Positions 8,581-18,164 of a stretch of 64,000 bases of DNA are shown piece by piece. Position 1 is the stretch's first letter. Each line of letters starts with the position of its first letter. Both the position numbers and the translations under genes were made by a program. Below the pieces are notes generated by a model. That model made no database searches. It was not told the origin of the DNA and was given only the letters and a program-made list of their open reading frames with translations. This stretch comes from Candidatus Falkowbacteria bacterium. GTDB lineage: Bacteria; Patescibacteriota; Patescibacteriia; Patescibacteriales; UBA12465. The stretch is taken from positions 417,624-481,623 of the forward strand of contig JBAXJX010000001.1 of the NCBI GenBank assembly GCA_037137655.1, written 5' to 3'.

Positions 8581-8607
8581 AAGGAAGGCTATTGCTAGAC
8601 TTCCCTT
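8581..8607 (-). terminator. intrinsic terminator hairpin (repeat family, second copy at 19453-19480)
   Basis: AAGGAAGGCTAttgcTAGACTTCCCTTT, 9-bp stem with 1 mismatch, flanked by A/T runs. Confidence 0.55.
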
Positions 8608-8622
8608 TGAAAAAAATAATTG

Positions 8623-8841
8623 TTACAAACCAAGCTCTGAAATAAAAATATTATTTGGCGTCAGAATGATAGATTCCAAAGAAATATTATTAGCTTCAAG
8701 ATAAGCAACAAAATCTTTAAGAGTTGCTTTGTCCGAGCCGTAGTAATCATTATTAATTCCTATTAAAATTTTATTTTTTCTTCTTCCGGATTTTTTTGCT
8801 TTATAGTGGTAGAATTTATCTTCCTTTTTTGCTCTTGGCAT
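8623..8841 (-). CDS. hypothetical small protein
   Basis: 72-aa ORF, basic N-terminus MPRAKKEDKFYHYKAKKSGRRKNK. Confidence 0.4.
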   Translation of the reverse strand: MPRAKKEDKFYHYKAKKSGRRKNKILIGINNDYYGSDKATLKDFVAYLEANNISLESIILTPNNIFISELGL

Positions 8842-8965
8842 AATCTATGTTTTTAAGGTTCAACAATACGAATTTAATTACCAAAATTATAACATAAGTG
8901 TAGTTTTTTGTCAATAAACAGTGATTCTGGTAATAAAAAAGCACCGAATAATCGATGCTTTAAAT

Positions 8966-9445
8966 CTATAATTTTCTTTTCCAAAATTTACTTTGAACAC
9001 ATATTAGCACGCCGAAAGTTAACGCTTTAGTGTTTTTAAAATCAGTCCCGACTTCGGAAAATAAAAAGCAAGCCACGTCACCCGCCTTAATCATTTTTTC
9101 CAAACCGATTCCCAGATAATCTTGCTTAGAGTTTAAAGATTTGGAGTATACAAAATAAGTATCCCAATCTTTCGGTAAAAAATAACCGGACAAAAAGCTG
9201 CAAGAGTTATTACCGAAACCATACATTAAATTATGGTATGTTTTAGGTGTCACAATCGTAACATTGGCCAGTAAACAATAACTAAGTGAGAATGGTTGTA
9301 TTGCACTTGAAAAATCGCTCGTAGCTGATGTTCCGACTACCATACCACCACCGACACTTTGAAATAGTTTAGTAGAATCACTTTGAGCATTAGCTAGAAT
9401 ACTAGCACTTAAAGCTAAAATTAGAATTACTATCTTTCCTTTCAT
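8966..9445 (-). CDS. hypothetical secreted protein (signal peptide)
   Basis: MKGKIVILILALSASILANAQ signal-peptide-like N-terminus; 159 aa. Confidence 0.5.
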   Translation of the reverse strand: MKGKIVILILALSASILANAQSDSTKLFQSVGGGMVVGTSATSDFSSAIQPFSLSYCLLANVTIVTPKTYHNLMYGFGNNSCSFLSGYFLPKDWDTYFVYSKSLNSKQDYLGIGLEKMIKAGDVACFLFSEVGTDFKNTKALTFGVLICVQSKFWKRKL

Positions 9446-9587
9446 TATTCCTCTATTTTTTGGTAAATAAAATTGTTAATTAACTGCCCTGAAGTTATCA
9501 CAAATATTAAAAGATGTCAATAACTAAATCCAATAAAAAAGCACCGACATATAACATATCAGTGCTTTAAGAAGCTAAAAAAAATTA

Positions 9588-10916
9588 TTATTTATCAAAT
9601 GTTTCGATTATATACTGCCTGGTCATATAAGCGGCTCCATTGTTTGGCGCTAAAATATTAAGCGCCGCTAGATAAGCGTTATTAACCGACAAAACAGTTA
9701 GAGTTGGCACATTACTGGGCATCGACAAGCTACTCCAAACATCATGTGGTGCTTCTTTCCAACTAGCTGGTACAGATATCACTGGCCAACTAGTGCGCGA
9801 AGCTAAAGTCGGTCCTAGACCATTACTTAATCCAACCAAAGCGATAATAACACCGCCTTGTGGGTAAGATGCTAAGACCTGCTCTAGATCATCAATACAC
9901 ATTGCTGGTGATTTATGCCCCGAGCGAACAATTAAAACAATATCAACTCCCGGCACCTCAGTATATTTTGGCAAGGCGTCACCTTCAGATCCGCGCCAAA
10001 AAACAATTACTTGTTTTGGCAAAGCAAATCTTTCCACCAGTTTTGCCACCAAAGCATACTTCTCGGAAATTTCTTCCATAGAAAAATTATCGCGGAAAAG
10101 TTGTTTGCTTAATTCTTTCCAATCAGCCGTTCTTAGTCGCCAAGAATCATTATCAATAACATCAGCCACCAAAAGATTACCATCAGCATCAATACCAAAT
10201 TCGATTTTAAAATCGATTAAGCGACAACCGAGTTGCGCCCAAGCATTTTCTAAAATTAAGAACACTTGGCGGGTAATTTTTTCAATTTCCGACAACTTAA
10301 TTCCAGTTGGCAAAACATCAGAATTCGCCACACTTAAACCTAGGTCCGATTTCGCATCCCAAGTAGGAATTTTTGGATTTTTTAGAGTCCAAGTTGAATC
10401 ATAAGGGTTAGCAATAAACGGATCATCTACCGGTTTATCATTATCAGATAAAACGTCATTTGACATCGACAACTCATTTCCTGATTTTCCAGAAAATTTT
10501 CCTTCGGTCGTTTTCAAGAATAATTCAAAAACTAATTTATGGAAACGATGTGGTGCTTGTCCTTCTCCGGTTTTCAAATTTGGAGATCTTTTTAAGCAAC
10601 TTCCGTCAGCATAACGGCGAATAATTACTTCGAGTGGAATCATGGCACATTTTGGCGCTAAAAATTCCGTCGGTGAAATCTGGCTCTCAAAAGCTACTGG
10701 AATACCAGCTTCTTTCAATAATTGAAAAACCATGCAAGTGGTGGCCGTGGCATATTCTGCTTTAGACGCCATTGTTTTCGTCAACGATTTGTCGTCGTTT
10801 TTAGTTATCTCATCTTTATTTTTCAAAATAACTGAATTTGGGCGACCAAGCACACTATGAATTTCCTTGGTTTTTCCATGAGAAATAATTTCTCCTTTTT
10901 CTATTTTTTCTGTCAT
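9588..10916 (-). CDS. purCE: bifunctional SAICAR synthetase / AIR carboxylase (PurC-PurE fusion, PAICS-like)
   Basis: N-terminal PurC: MTEKIEKGEIISHGKTKEIH..., LIDFKIEFG; C-terminal PurE domain: VIVFWRGSEGD (GSxSD), VRSGHKSP (SAH[RK]xP), IIALVGLSNGLGPTLASRTSWPVISVPA (AGGAAHLPGM...VPViGVPV); start at internal ATG 10916. Confidence 0.7.
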   Translation of the reverse strand: MTEKIEKGEIISHGKTKEIHSVLGRPNSVILKNKDEITKNDDKSLTKTMASKAEYATATTCMVFQLLKEAGIPVAFESQISPTEFLAPKCAMIPLEVIIRRYADGSCLKRSPNLKTGEGQAPHRFHKLVFELFLKTTEGKFSGKSGNELSMSNDVLSDNDKPVDDPFIANPYDSTWTLKNPKIPTWDAKSDLGLSVANSDVLPTGIKLSEIEKITRQVFLILENAWAQLGCRLIDFKIEFGIDADGNLLVADVIDNDSWRLRTADWKELSKQLFRDNFSMEEISEKYALVAKLVERFALPKQVIVFWRGSEGDALPKYTEVPGVDIVLIVRSGHKSPAMCIDDLEQVLASYPQGGVIIALVGLSNGLGPTLASRTSWPVISVPASWKEAPHDVWSSLSMPSNVPTLTVLSVNNAYLAALNILAPNNGAAYMTRQYIIETFDK

Positions 10917-11008
10917 GATTAATTTATTTTTAAAAGTACAACAATAAAAACTTAACAAAATTAAACTAACATTTTTATTAATAAAAGTCAATCACTGTCT
11001 TTTCCAGC

Positions 11009-12889
11009 TTAATCAATTTCCGCACCAGCAAATTGACTATTATATAATGAGGCGTAAAAATCGTTGCGCGCTAATAATTCTTCGTGCTTCCCTTGCTCAA
11101 CGATACTACCATCACGCATCACCAAAATAAGATCGGCGTGTTTAATGGTGGAAAGGCGATGGGCGATAACAAAGCTCGTTTTCCCTTTCATGAGAATCTC
11201 CATCGCTTTTTGAATAAGTATTTCAGTGCGCGTATCAACCGAGCTAGTCGCCTCATCCAAAATAAGCATCGGCGTTTTAATTAACATGGCCCGCGCAATT
11301 GTTAGAAGTTGTTTTTCACCTTGGGAAATATTATTGGCTTCTTCATCCAATACCATCTTATAGCCATGCTGTAAGGAATGGACAAAGTGATCAACGTGAG
11401 CTGCTTTCGCCGCAGCAATCACTTCAGCTTCGGTCGCTTCTGGATGACCATAAGCCAAATTTTCCCGAATCGTACCTTTGAACAACCAAGTGTCTTGCAA
11501 AACCATTCCAAACATTTTACGAACATCAGCCCGTTTCATCGTTTTAATATCCACACCATCAACTTTTATCACACCACTGTTAAGTTCATAAAACCGCATT
11601 AGCAAGTTAACCATAGTGGTTTTACCAGCACCAGTCGGACCAACAATGGCCACGCGCTGACCGGCTTCTATCTTGGCTGTAAAATTATTAATAACAATTT
11701 TGTCTGGATTGTAACCGAAATTAACCTGCTCAAATTCCACCGCACCACGAACATTATTTAGAACTTTAGCATCAACCGCATCTGGTAATTCTTCCTCTTC
11801 CACTAAGAATTCAAAAACACGTTCCGCCGCGGCCGCTGTCGATTGGAGGACGCTGGCAATATTGGCAGTTTGAATAATTGGTTGATTAAACTGGCTGACA
11901 TACATAATAAACGCTTGAATATCACCAACACTAATTCGACCGGTGATGGCCAAAAAACCACCTAAAACAGTAACGCCGACATAACCAATATTTCCGACGA
12001 AATTAATAATCGGATAAAGTAGACCGGATAAAAATTGCGAATGCCAAGCGCTATCATACAACTCATTATTATGCTTGGAAAAAGTAGCAATAGATCGTGC
12101 TTGACCATTAAAAACCTTCATCACATTATGACCGCCATACATCTCCTCAATGTGACCATTAAGATGACCCAAGGTATCTTGCTGCATTTTAAAATAGCGT
12201 TGAGAATGCTTAATCACGAAACCAATCAAACCAAAACTTAGCGGCAAAGTAACAAGGGCTACCAAAGTCATTTGCCAACTGATCGACAACATCATCGCTA
12301 AGATACCGATAATCATGGTGACCGAGGTAATAATTTGGGTTAACGATTGATTTAAGGTTTGACTAACCGTATCAACATCGTTTGTAATTCGACTTAAGAT
12401 TTCACCATGAGTTGTACGATCAAAATATCGAAGTGGTAATTTAGCAATCTTGGCCGCAATATCACGCCGAAAACGGTAAGTAATCTTTTGCGTGACATTG
12501 GTCATAATCCAGCCTTGCAAATAACTAAACAAAGCACTTAGCAAATATAAAACAAGTAGTTCAATCGCAATAGTGCCAAGCTTTGAATAATTAAAGGCCG
12601 TGTGCCCCACAAAATCATTAACAATTTGCGTGGTCATTTGACCAAGGATTTTCGGACTAGCGATCACAAAAATTGTACTAGCCACAGCAAACACAACCAC
12701 CACTGTCAGTGATAGCCAAAATGGTTTAAGATACACACCTAATTGGCGCATAGTTTTTTTGAAGTTCTTCGGTTTTTGCACAATACCCATCATCCCCATT
12801 GGGTTACCGCGCCCCATCGGACTAATCCGCGGTGGCGTGGCGGCAGAATTTTGTTCGTTTACATTTGTAGTTTTATTTTGACTGCTCAT
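11009..12889 (-). CDS. ABC transporter, fused permease/ATP-binding subunit (exporter type)
   Basis: 6 TM N-terminal domain + NBD with Walker A GPTGAGKTT, signature ISQGEKQLLTIARAM, Walker B ILDEATS. Confidence 0.85.
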   Translation of the reverse strand: MSSQNKTTNVNEQNSAATPPRISPMGRGNPMGMMGIVQKPKNFKKTMRQLGVYLKPFWLSLTVVVVFAVASTIFVIASPKILGQMTTQIVNDFVGHTAFNYSKLGTIAIELLVLYLLSALFSYLQGWIMTNVTQKITYRFRRDIAAKIAKLPLRYFDRTTHGEILSRITNDVDTVSQTLNQSLTQIITSVTMIIGILAMMLSISWQMTLVALVTLPLSFGLIGFVIKHSQRYFKMQQDTLGHLNGHIEEMYGGHNVMKVFNGQARSIATFSKHNNELYDSAWHSQFLSGLLYPIINFVGNIGYVGVTVLGGFLAITGRISVGDIQAFIMYVSQFNQPIIQTANIASVLQSTAAAAERVFEFLVEEEELPDAVDAKVLNNVRGAVEFEQVNFGYNPDKIVINNFTAKIEAGQRVAIVGPTGAGKTTMVNLLMRFYELNSGVIKVDGVDIKTMKRADVRKMFGMVLQDTWLFKGTIRENLAYGHPEATEAEVIAAAKAAHVDHFVHSLQHGYKMVLDEEANNISQGEKQLLTIARAMLIKTPMLILDEATSSVDTRTEILIQKAMEILMKGKTSFVIAHRLSTIKHADLILVMRDGSIVEQGKHEELLARNDFYASLYNSQFAGAEID

Positions 12890-12894
12890 ATAAT

Positions 12895-14661
12895 CTATTT
12901 AATTACGGCCTGTTCTGGTGCGCCGGTATATTTATTTAACTCTTCTTCGGATAATTGCGATGAAGCAATTTCCCGATAAACTAAACATGATTTCAAAAGA
13001 TCACCGTGTGTTCCCTGGCCAACAATCCGACCTTCATCGAGTACAATAATTTTATCAGCACTCATAATAGTGCTAATTCGCTGGGCCACAATCAGCACAG
13101 TTTTATTTTTTGTCGCCACCTGTAAGGCTTGGCGCAATTTAGCATCGGTCGCAAAATCCAAAGAAGAAAAACTATCATCAAAAATATAAATTTCCGGTTT
13201 ACGCATAATTGCACGGGCAATTGATAAGCGCTGTTTCTGTCCGCCAGAAACATTTTTTCCACCCTGAGAAATTTCAGCACTATACTGTCCTGGTAACTCA
13301 TTTACAAAATCTTCTGCTTGCGCAATTTTCACCGCCTCTTTCATCTCATCATCCGTTGCGTGGGGTGCGCCATATTTTAGATTACTCTCAACCGTACCAG
13401 AAAAAAGAACCCCGCGTTGCGGCACGTAGCCAATTTTGGCATACAAATCTTCTAAGCGTATTTGACGAACATCAACGCCATCAATCTTAATGGTGCCGGC
13501 TGTAACATCGTAAAAACGCGGAATCAAATTAATCAAAGTTGATTTACCGCTACCAGTACTACCAATAAAGGCGGTCGTTTCTCCTGGTGTAGCGGTAAAT
13601 GAAATATCAGACAAGACTGGTGCTTCGGCTCCAAGGTAAGAAAAAGTCACGCTATCAAATTCAACTTTTCCACCTGTCAGTGCTGAAACGTCAACCGGTT
13701 GCTCAGGATCTTTAATTGTCGCTTCAATCGCCAAGACCTCAGCAATACGATCCAAAGAAACTGAGGCGCGTGGCACCATGATAAAAACCATCGTGATTAA
13801 CAAAAATGAAAATACAGCTTGCATGGCATACTGCATAAAAGCCAACATCTGACCGATTTGTAAATGACCTAAATCAACCAAATGTGCACCATACCAAATG
13901 ATGCCCAAACTGGTAATATTCATAATTAAAGTCATGACCGGTTGCATAATAATAAGTAGTCTATTAACAAACAAATTAATATCTGTTAATTCTACATTGG
14001 CCTGATCAAATTTTTTCTCCTCCAACGCCTCCCGATTAAAAGCGCGGATGACTCTTAGGCCGGTCAAAATTTCTCGACTAACCAAATTTAAACGATCCAC
14101 TAATTTTTGAATGAGTTTAAAGCGCGGGATAGCAATAGTAAAAAGAACAGCCACAATCGCCATTAAGACACCAACTGCCAAACCCATAATCCAGGCCATT
14201 GATGGTGCGTTATGATAAGCCTTAATAATCGCCCACACACCCATAAACGGCGCCATTAGAGCCATTCGCAACAACATCGTCATAACAGTCTGAATTTGTT
14301 GAACATCATTAGTGGTACGCGTAATAAGCGAAGCGGTCGAAAAAGTATTAAATTCATGCAAAGAAAAACTCTCCACTTTAGCAAAGGCAGCGGCGCGAAT
14401 ATCACGCGCAAAACCAGAAGCAATCCGTGAAGCCAAAAAACCAACCACAATACTCGCCCCGGCGGCGCCAAGCGCGAATAATAACATGATCCAACCATTT
14501 TGCCAGACAACATTCATGTTGTGCGCGATTATCCCTTTATTGATAATAGTGGCCATGTAATCCGGCAAGGCTAAAGTAGCCGCCACCATTAAATAGACCA
14601 TCAGTAATAACAAAAAAAACTGGGCTAGGTATGGGCGAAAATATTTTAAAAGTCGTTTCAT
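12895..14661 (-). CDS. ABC transporter, fused permease/ATP-binding subunit (partner of 11009..12889)
   Basis: TMD + NBD: GSTGSGKST, VSGGQKQRLSIARAI, IFDDSFSSLD; adjacent to paralog, consistent with heterodimeric exporter. Confidence 0.85.
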   Translation of the reverse strand: MKRLLKYFRPYLAQFFLLLLMVYLMVAATLALPDYMATIINKGIIAHNMNVVWQNGWIMLLFALGAAGASIVVGFLASRIASGFARDIRAAAFAKVESFSLHEFNTFSTASLITRTTNDVQQIQTVMTMLLRMALMAPFMGVWAIIKAYHNAPSMAWIMGLAVGVLMAIVAVLFTIAIPRFKLIQKLVDRLNLVSREILTGLRVIRAFNREALEEKKFDQANVELTDINLFVNRLLIIMQPVMTLIMNITSLGIIWYGAHLVDLGHLQIGQMLAFMQYAMQAVFSFLLITMVFIMVPRASVSLDRIAEVLAIEATIKDPEQPVDVSALTGGKVEFDSVTFSYLGAEAPVLSDISFTATPGETTAFIGSTGSGKSTLINLIPRFYDVTAGTIKIDGVDVRQIRLEDLYAKIGYVPQRGVLFSGTVESNLKYGAPHATDDEMKEAVKIAQAEDFVNELPGQYSAEISQGGKNVSGGQKQRLSIARAIMRKPEIYIFDDSFSSLDFATDAKLRQALQVATKNKTVLIVAQRISTIMSADKIIVLDEGRIVGQGTHGDLLKSCLVYREIASSQLSEEELNKYTGAPEQAVIK

Positions 14662-14665
14662 ATAA

Positions 14666-16228
14666 TTATTGTGCTCCCAAAACTAAAATAAAATCAGCTG
14701 GTGGGATAATAGGTTTATTAGTTGTAAGCTTAGTGCTTGTCGCAGCAGTGGTTGTGGCCAAAGTGGTTGTAGTCTTAGTGCTTGTCGCTGTTGTCGTAGT
14801 ACTAACCTCTACTGTCGTAGTCGCCATTAACCAGTCCGGCAAATTAGTAACAACACTGGCATTAGCGGCCACTTTCAAAACCGCGGCGACCTCGGGCTTA
14901 GCACTCGTTAAATCGTAAATTAAATTTAAACCTAAATTTTCTTGCTTAGCATTATCAACTCCAACAATAATAAAACCTAACGACCGTAATCGCTTAGCCA
15001 TTTGCGCACCCAAACCATCAATGTGGGTACCATTTTTTATTTCAATGCTAGTGCCGGCGATCGCCTCAATTGTGCTCGTACTTAAATTTAAAGTGCTGGT
15101 GGAAAAATTACCTAAGATAGTACTACTAGCTGTTCTTTCGATTCTATCTAGCGGCACAACTATACTGTCGCCCAGCAATGGTTTACTTGGAGTTCCAAAA
15201 ACATTGGCGATAGCTTCTTGCATACCAGAAAAATTACCAGATTTAGGCAGAAGAATAAAGGCACCTTCCTGACTAACGGCATTACGCAAATAACTATCCG
15301 GCGCATCACTAAATGACACATTTTTAATACTGGTGTGTGGCGTATCTTTAAACAAATTCCACAACCTAATCATTTCTAAAATACTGACATTAGTTTTAAC
15401 ATGTTGACTGAGTTGAGAACTAACCTGAGTCAAAACCACCGGATTTAATAAATTACTTTTATTTAACAATTTATCCTTAACCGCTTCAATCACTTTTTGT
15501 TGACGCTTAGACCTCGCAAAATCTGTCCCTTCAACCCCGGTCGCATGGCGACTACGAGCATATTCTAAAGCCAATTCCCCATTCATAGATTGTAAACCTT
15601 TATCCAAATGCAAATGTTTAAAGCGCGCCGCATAATTCGGATTATTTTCTTGACCCAAAATTGGATAAGCATAATCATCAAGCGTATTATCAACCGTCAC
15701 GTCAACGCCACCCAATTCGTTAATGACGTTAACAAAACCGGAAAAATCCATGAGTGCATAATAATTGATCGGGATATTAAAAATCTTTCCGACAGCTTGC
15801 GCGGTAGCTAGACCACTGTCGCCACCGTTTGATTTGGCATAAGCATTAATACTATTAATTTTTTGCCACGTGCTACCACCGTCAATCGGCACGATTAAGT
15901 CGCGCGGAATGGAAAATAAAGCTACTTCTTTCGTTGAGGGTTTGAAGCTCGCTAAAATTATAGTGTCAGTTAAATAGGCGCCATCGTGTCCGTCGCCACC
16001 CATGCCAAGCAACAAAATATTAATACGGTCTTGATCTTCACCTTGCAGCTTTTTCTCCACGCCCGGCAGATTGGCTAAAAAACCAGAAGCCGAAAACCAC
16101 CCACGCGCCACACCAATAATAAACAAAGAAATTATAAGACCAACAGCCAAAAAACCGATAATATAAAATTTTCGGCGCTGTGTTACTTTTTTATTTTCAA
16201 AATCAATTCTGTTCATAATTTGTTTCAT
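14666..16228 (-). CDS. LytR-CpsA-Psr (LCP) family protein with Thr-rich C-terminal low-complexity tail
   Basis: N-terminal TM, INILLLGMGGDGHDGAYLTDTIILASF...SIPRDL core LCP motifs; C-terminus TTTVEVSTTTTATSTKTTTTLATTTAATSTKLTT. Confidence 0.75.
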   Translation of the reverse strand: MKQIMNRIDFENKKVTQRRKFYIIGFLAVGLIISLFIIGVARGWFSASGFLANLPGVEKKLQGEDQDRINILLLGMGGDGHDGAYLTDTIILASFKPSTKEVALFSIPRDLIVPIDGGSTWQKINSINAYAKSNGGDSGLATAQAVGKIFNIPINYYALMDFSGFVNVINELGGVDVTVDNTLDDYAYPILGQENNPNYAARFKHLHLDKGLQSMNGELALEYARSRHATGVEGTDFARSKRQQKVIEAVKDKLLNKSNLLNPVVLTQVSSQLSQHVKTNVSILEMIRLWNLFKDTPHTSIKNVSFSDAPDSYLRNAVSQEGAFILLPKSGNFSGMQEAIANVFGTPSKPLLGDSIVVPLDRIERTASSTILGNFSTSTLNLSTSTIEAIAGTSIEIKNGTHIDGLGAQMAKRLRSLGFIIVGVDNAKQENLGLNLIYDLTSAKPEVAAVLKVAANASVVTNLPDWLMATTTVEVSTTTTATSTKTTTTLATTTAATSTKLTTNKPIIPPADFILVLGAQ

Positions 16229-16231
16229 CTT

Positions 16232-17368
16232 TTAATACGCACAATAAGCATTTCCTGCCAAGCTATTATTATACATTCCCTGGATTTCCGTCAAGTTTAA
16301 AGCCCGATTAGAAACAGCCACTTCGTCAACAAGGCCACTAAAATAAGTTGTTGCTAAATAACCAGGATAGGCATATCCCTTTCCGATTAAAAGCGAGTTA
16401 GCATTACCAATTGATTTTGCGGAGTAGGCGCCGGTATTTACCAGCACTGAATTTAAATACTGTTTAACATTGGAACCATCATAAGTGACAACAACATGAT
16501 TCCAGATGCCAGAGCCAAAAGCTATGGTAGTGCGCATATTAAGATAAGTGCCATCTGTCCATGATGCTTCAAAGCCAGAACTGTCAGCGCTTGTCGAAGT
16601 ATAAACACAAAAATTTCTCGAAGACGGCGGATAAACAGCTATAGCCTGACAAAATGGTGTCATATAATTAGGATCCGGATAAGAATTTACTTTAACCCAA
16701 AAAGAAAATGTAAATTGTGGATAACTAGTAATGAAATTGCCAAGATCCACATAATCATTAACACCATCAAAACTAAAAGCCTGGCCAACTTTACCGGGCG
16801 CAAATGTTGCGCCATTCATTAGCGTTCCATTGTTAAGGCTATGAGCATCATTAGCATTATTCTCTCCCCGCCAATAAGAAACCATGCCTAGACCAGAACA
16901 ACTAGCTAGCGTACAATCCGTTCCATCATTAATTCCGGCCGGTGTCGCACAATGTGCACCAGAAGTCAGTGCGCCAACCGAACCACCCACACAATACGAA
17001 ATGGAGTATGATGTGCCATTTTGTACTGGTAAATAATAATAAGCGCCATTATTAACACTAGTACATGGTCCGTCGGCTGGAGTTGGCGGCGTTGGAATTA
17101 TCGCCATGTAAGTTGTTGTGCCATTAATCGAAGTTGAATATAATGAACCGGAATTAAATTCATCCGCACTCGGATATCGCTGCTGATCATTAAAAAACAA
17201 TTCCAGTGCAGTCTGAGTTTGTTTCACGTCAGCCACACGCCGCGCGTCCCGCGCTTTTGCGCGAGCGTTTTGTAAGGCCACGACCGCGATGGTGGCTAAA
17301 ATGCCTATAATGGCAATAACAACGAGAAGCTCGATGAGAGTAAACGCACTTCTCTTTTTGTGAGGCAT
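16232..17368 (-). CDS. prepilin-type (type IV pilin/pseudopilin-like) protein with C-terminal LamG/concanavalin-like lectin domain
   Basis: N-terminal KRSAFTLIELLVVIAIIGILATIAV prepilin cleavage/methylation motif (Ala at -1, Glu at +5); C-terminal beta-rich domain resembling LamG. Confidence 0.7.
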   Translation of the reverse strand: MPHKKRSAFTLIELLVVIAIIGILATIAVVALQNARAKARDARRVADVKQTQTALELFFNDQQRYPSADEFNSGSLYSTSINGTTTYMAIIPTPPTPADGPCTSVNNGAYYYLPVQNGTSYSISYCVGGSVGALTSGAHCATPAGINDGTDCTLASCSGLGMVSYWRGENNANDAHSLNNGTLMNGATFAPGKVGQAFSFDGVNDYVDLGNFITSYPQFTFSFWVKVNSYPDPNYMTPFCQAIAVYPPSSRNFCVYTSTSADSSGFEASWTDGTYLNMRTTIAFGSGIWNHVVVTYDGSNVKQYLNSVLVNTGAYSAKSIGNANSLLIGKGYAYPGYLATTYFSGLVDEVAVSNRALNLTEIQGMYNNSLAGNAYCAY

Positions 17369-17428
17369 AAATAATTTTTTATTTATTAATATGTTTAAAT
17401 TATAGCATGATATAGAAATAAAATAAAA

Positions 17429-17457
17429 AATCCTGAAACTATTTTAGTTTCAGGATT
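17429..17457. terminator. perfect hairpin terminator
   Basis: AATCCTGAAACTA-ttt-TAGTTTCAGGATT, 13-bp stem, flanked by A-run/T. Confidence 0.55.
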
Positions 17458-17464
17458 TAATTCT

Positions 17465-17602
17465 ATTAATCTACAGCCCGATAAGACCAAGTTCCATCTG
17501 CCTTAAAAGCATTTAAAACTTTACATACTTCATGTGCGTTAGCTGAATTGCCACAATTAATTTTAAACGATTGTTTCGTTGTGTCGTTATAAATTTCATG
17601 CA
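17465..17602 (-). CDS. possible small protein (45 aa), hypothetical
   Basis: ATG at 17602, MHEIYNDTTKQSFKINCGNSANAHEVCKVLNAFKADGTWSYRAVD, followed by hairpin terminator; below ORF-track cutoff. Confidence 0.25.
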
Positions 17603-17679
17603 TAAAATAAAAGTTTAATTGGTTTTCACAAAAAAAATGTACAATTTTAATCCATTTTAGTTTCAGGGTTTACTCTTTT

Positions 17680-18063
17680 TTAGTTAACCGGTACCAAGCA
17701 CACTTGTAAGCGATATTTTTTTCGGTCATCTTCACAGCTTAAAGAAATTCCAGTAAGAGCCTTGTTTGAATGCCAACCAAGCCTACCATCACCTGAACTA
17801 TCCCTCGCAGCAATCAAACTTTCCAAAGTCACAATAACAGCTTCTATCTTTTTCTCATGACCCTTATCACATCTTTTCTCCGCTTTAGTAATATCTTTCT
17901 TAACTTTCCCCTTAGCTTCATCACTACTTTTTGCTAAAACAAAAAAACGTTCATCAACTGGTACAATACCATCATCATCATAATAAGAAGATGCAAAATG
18001 AACGCACCACAATAAATCACCATCTTCATTAGCGCCGGTGGAAGCGATTACTTTTCTATTCAT
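17680..18063 (-). CDS. hypothetical protein
   Basis: 127-aa ORF, no recognisable motif. Confidence 0.45.
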   Translation of the reverse strand: MNRKVIASTGANEDGDLLWCVHFASSYYDDDGIVPVDERFFVLAKSSDEAKGKVKKDITKAEKRCDKGHEKKIEAVIVTLESLIAARDSSGDGRLGWHSNKALTGISLSCEDDRKKYRLQVCLVPVN

Positions 18064-18164
18064 TTTATCTATTTTTTAAAGTTCAACACTATATTTACTT
18101 AATAAAAAAGCATACAATATGCATGCTTTTTTGTCAATATGTGGCTTTAAAATTTAAAAGATAA

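Noticed and set aside
10917-10991. ORF-track N-terminal extension of PurC-PurE (MTFINKNVSLILLSFYCCTFKNKLI)
   Set aside because: PurC homology starts at MTEKIEKGEIISHGKTKEIH; upstream part is AT-rich leader
14631-14918. 95-aa plus-strand Val-rich ORF
   Set aside because: Antisense to the Thr-rich repeat of the LCP gene; compositional artefact of GTT/GGT repeats
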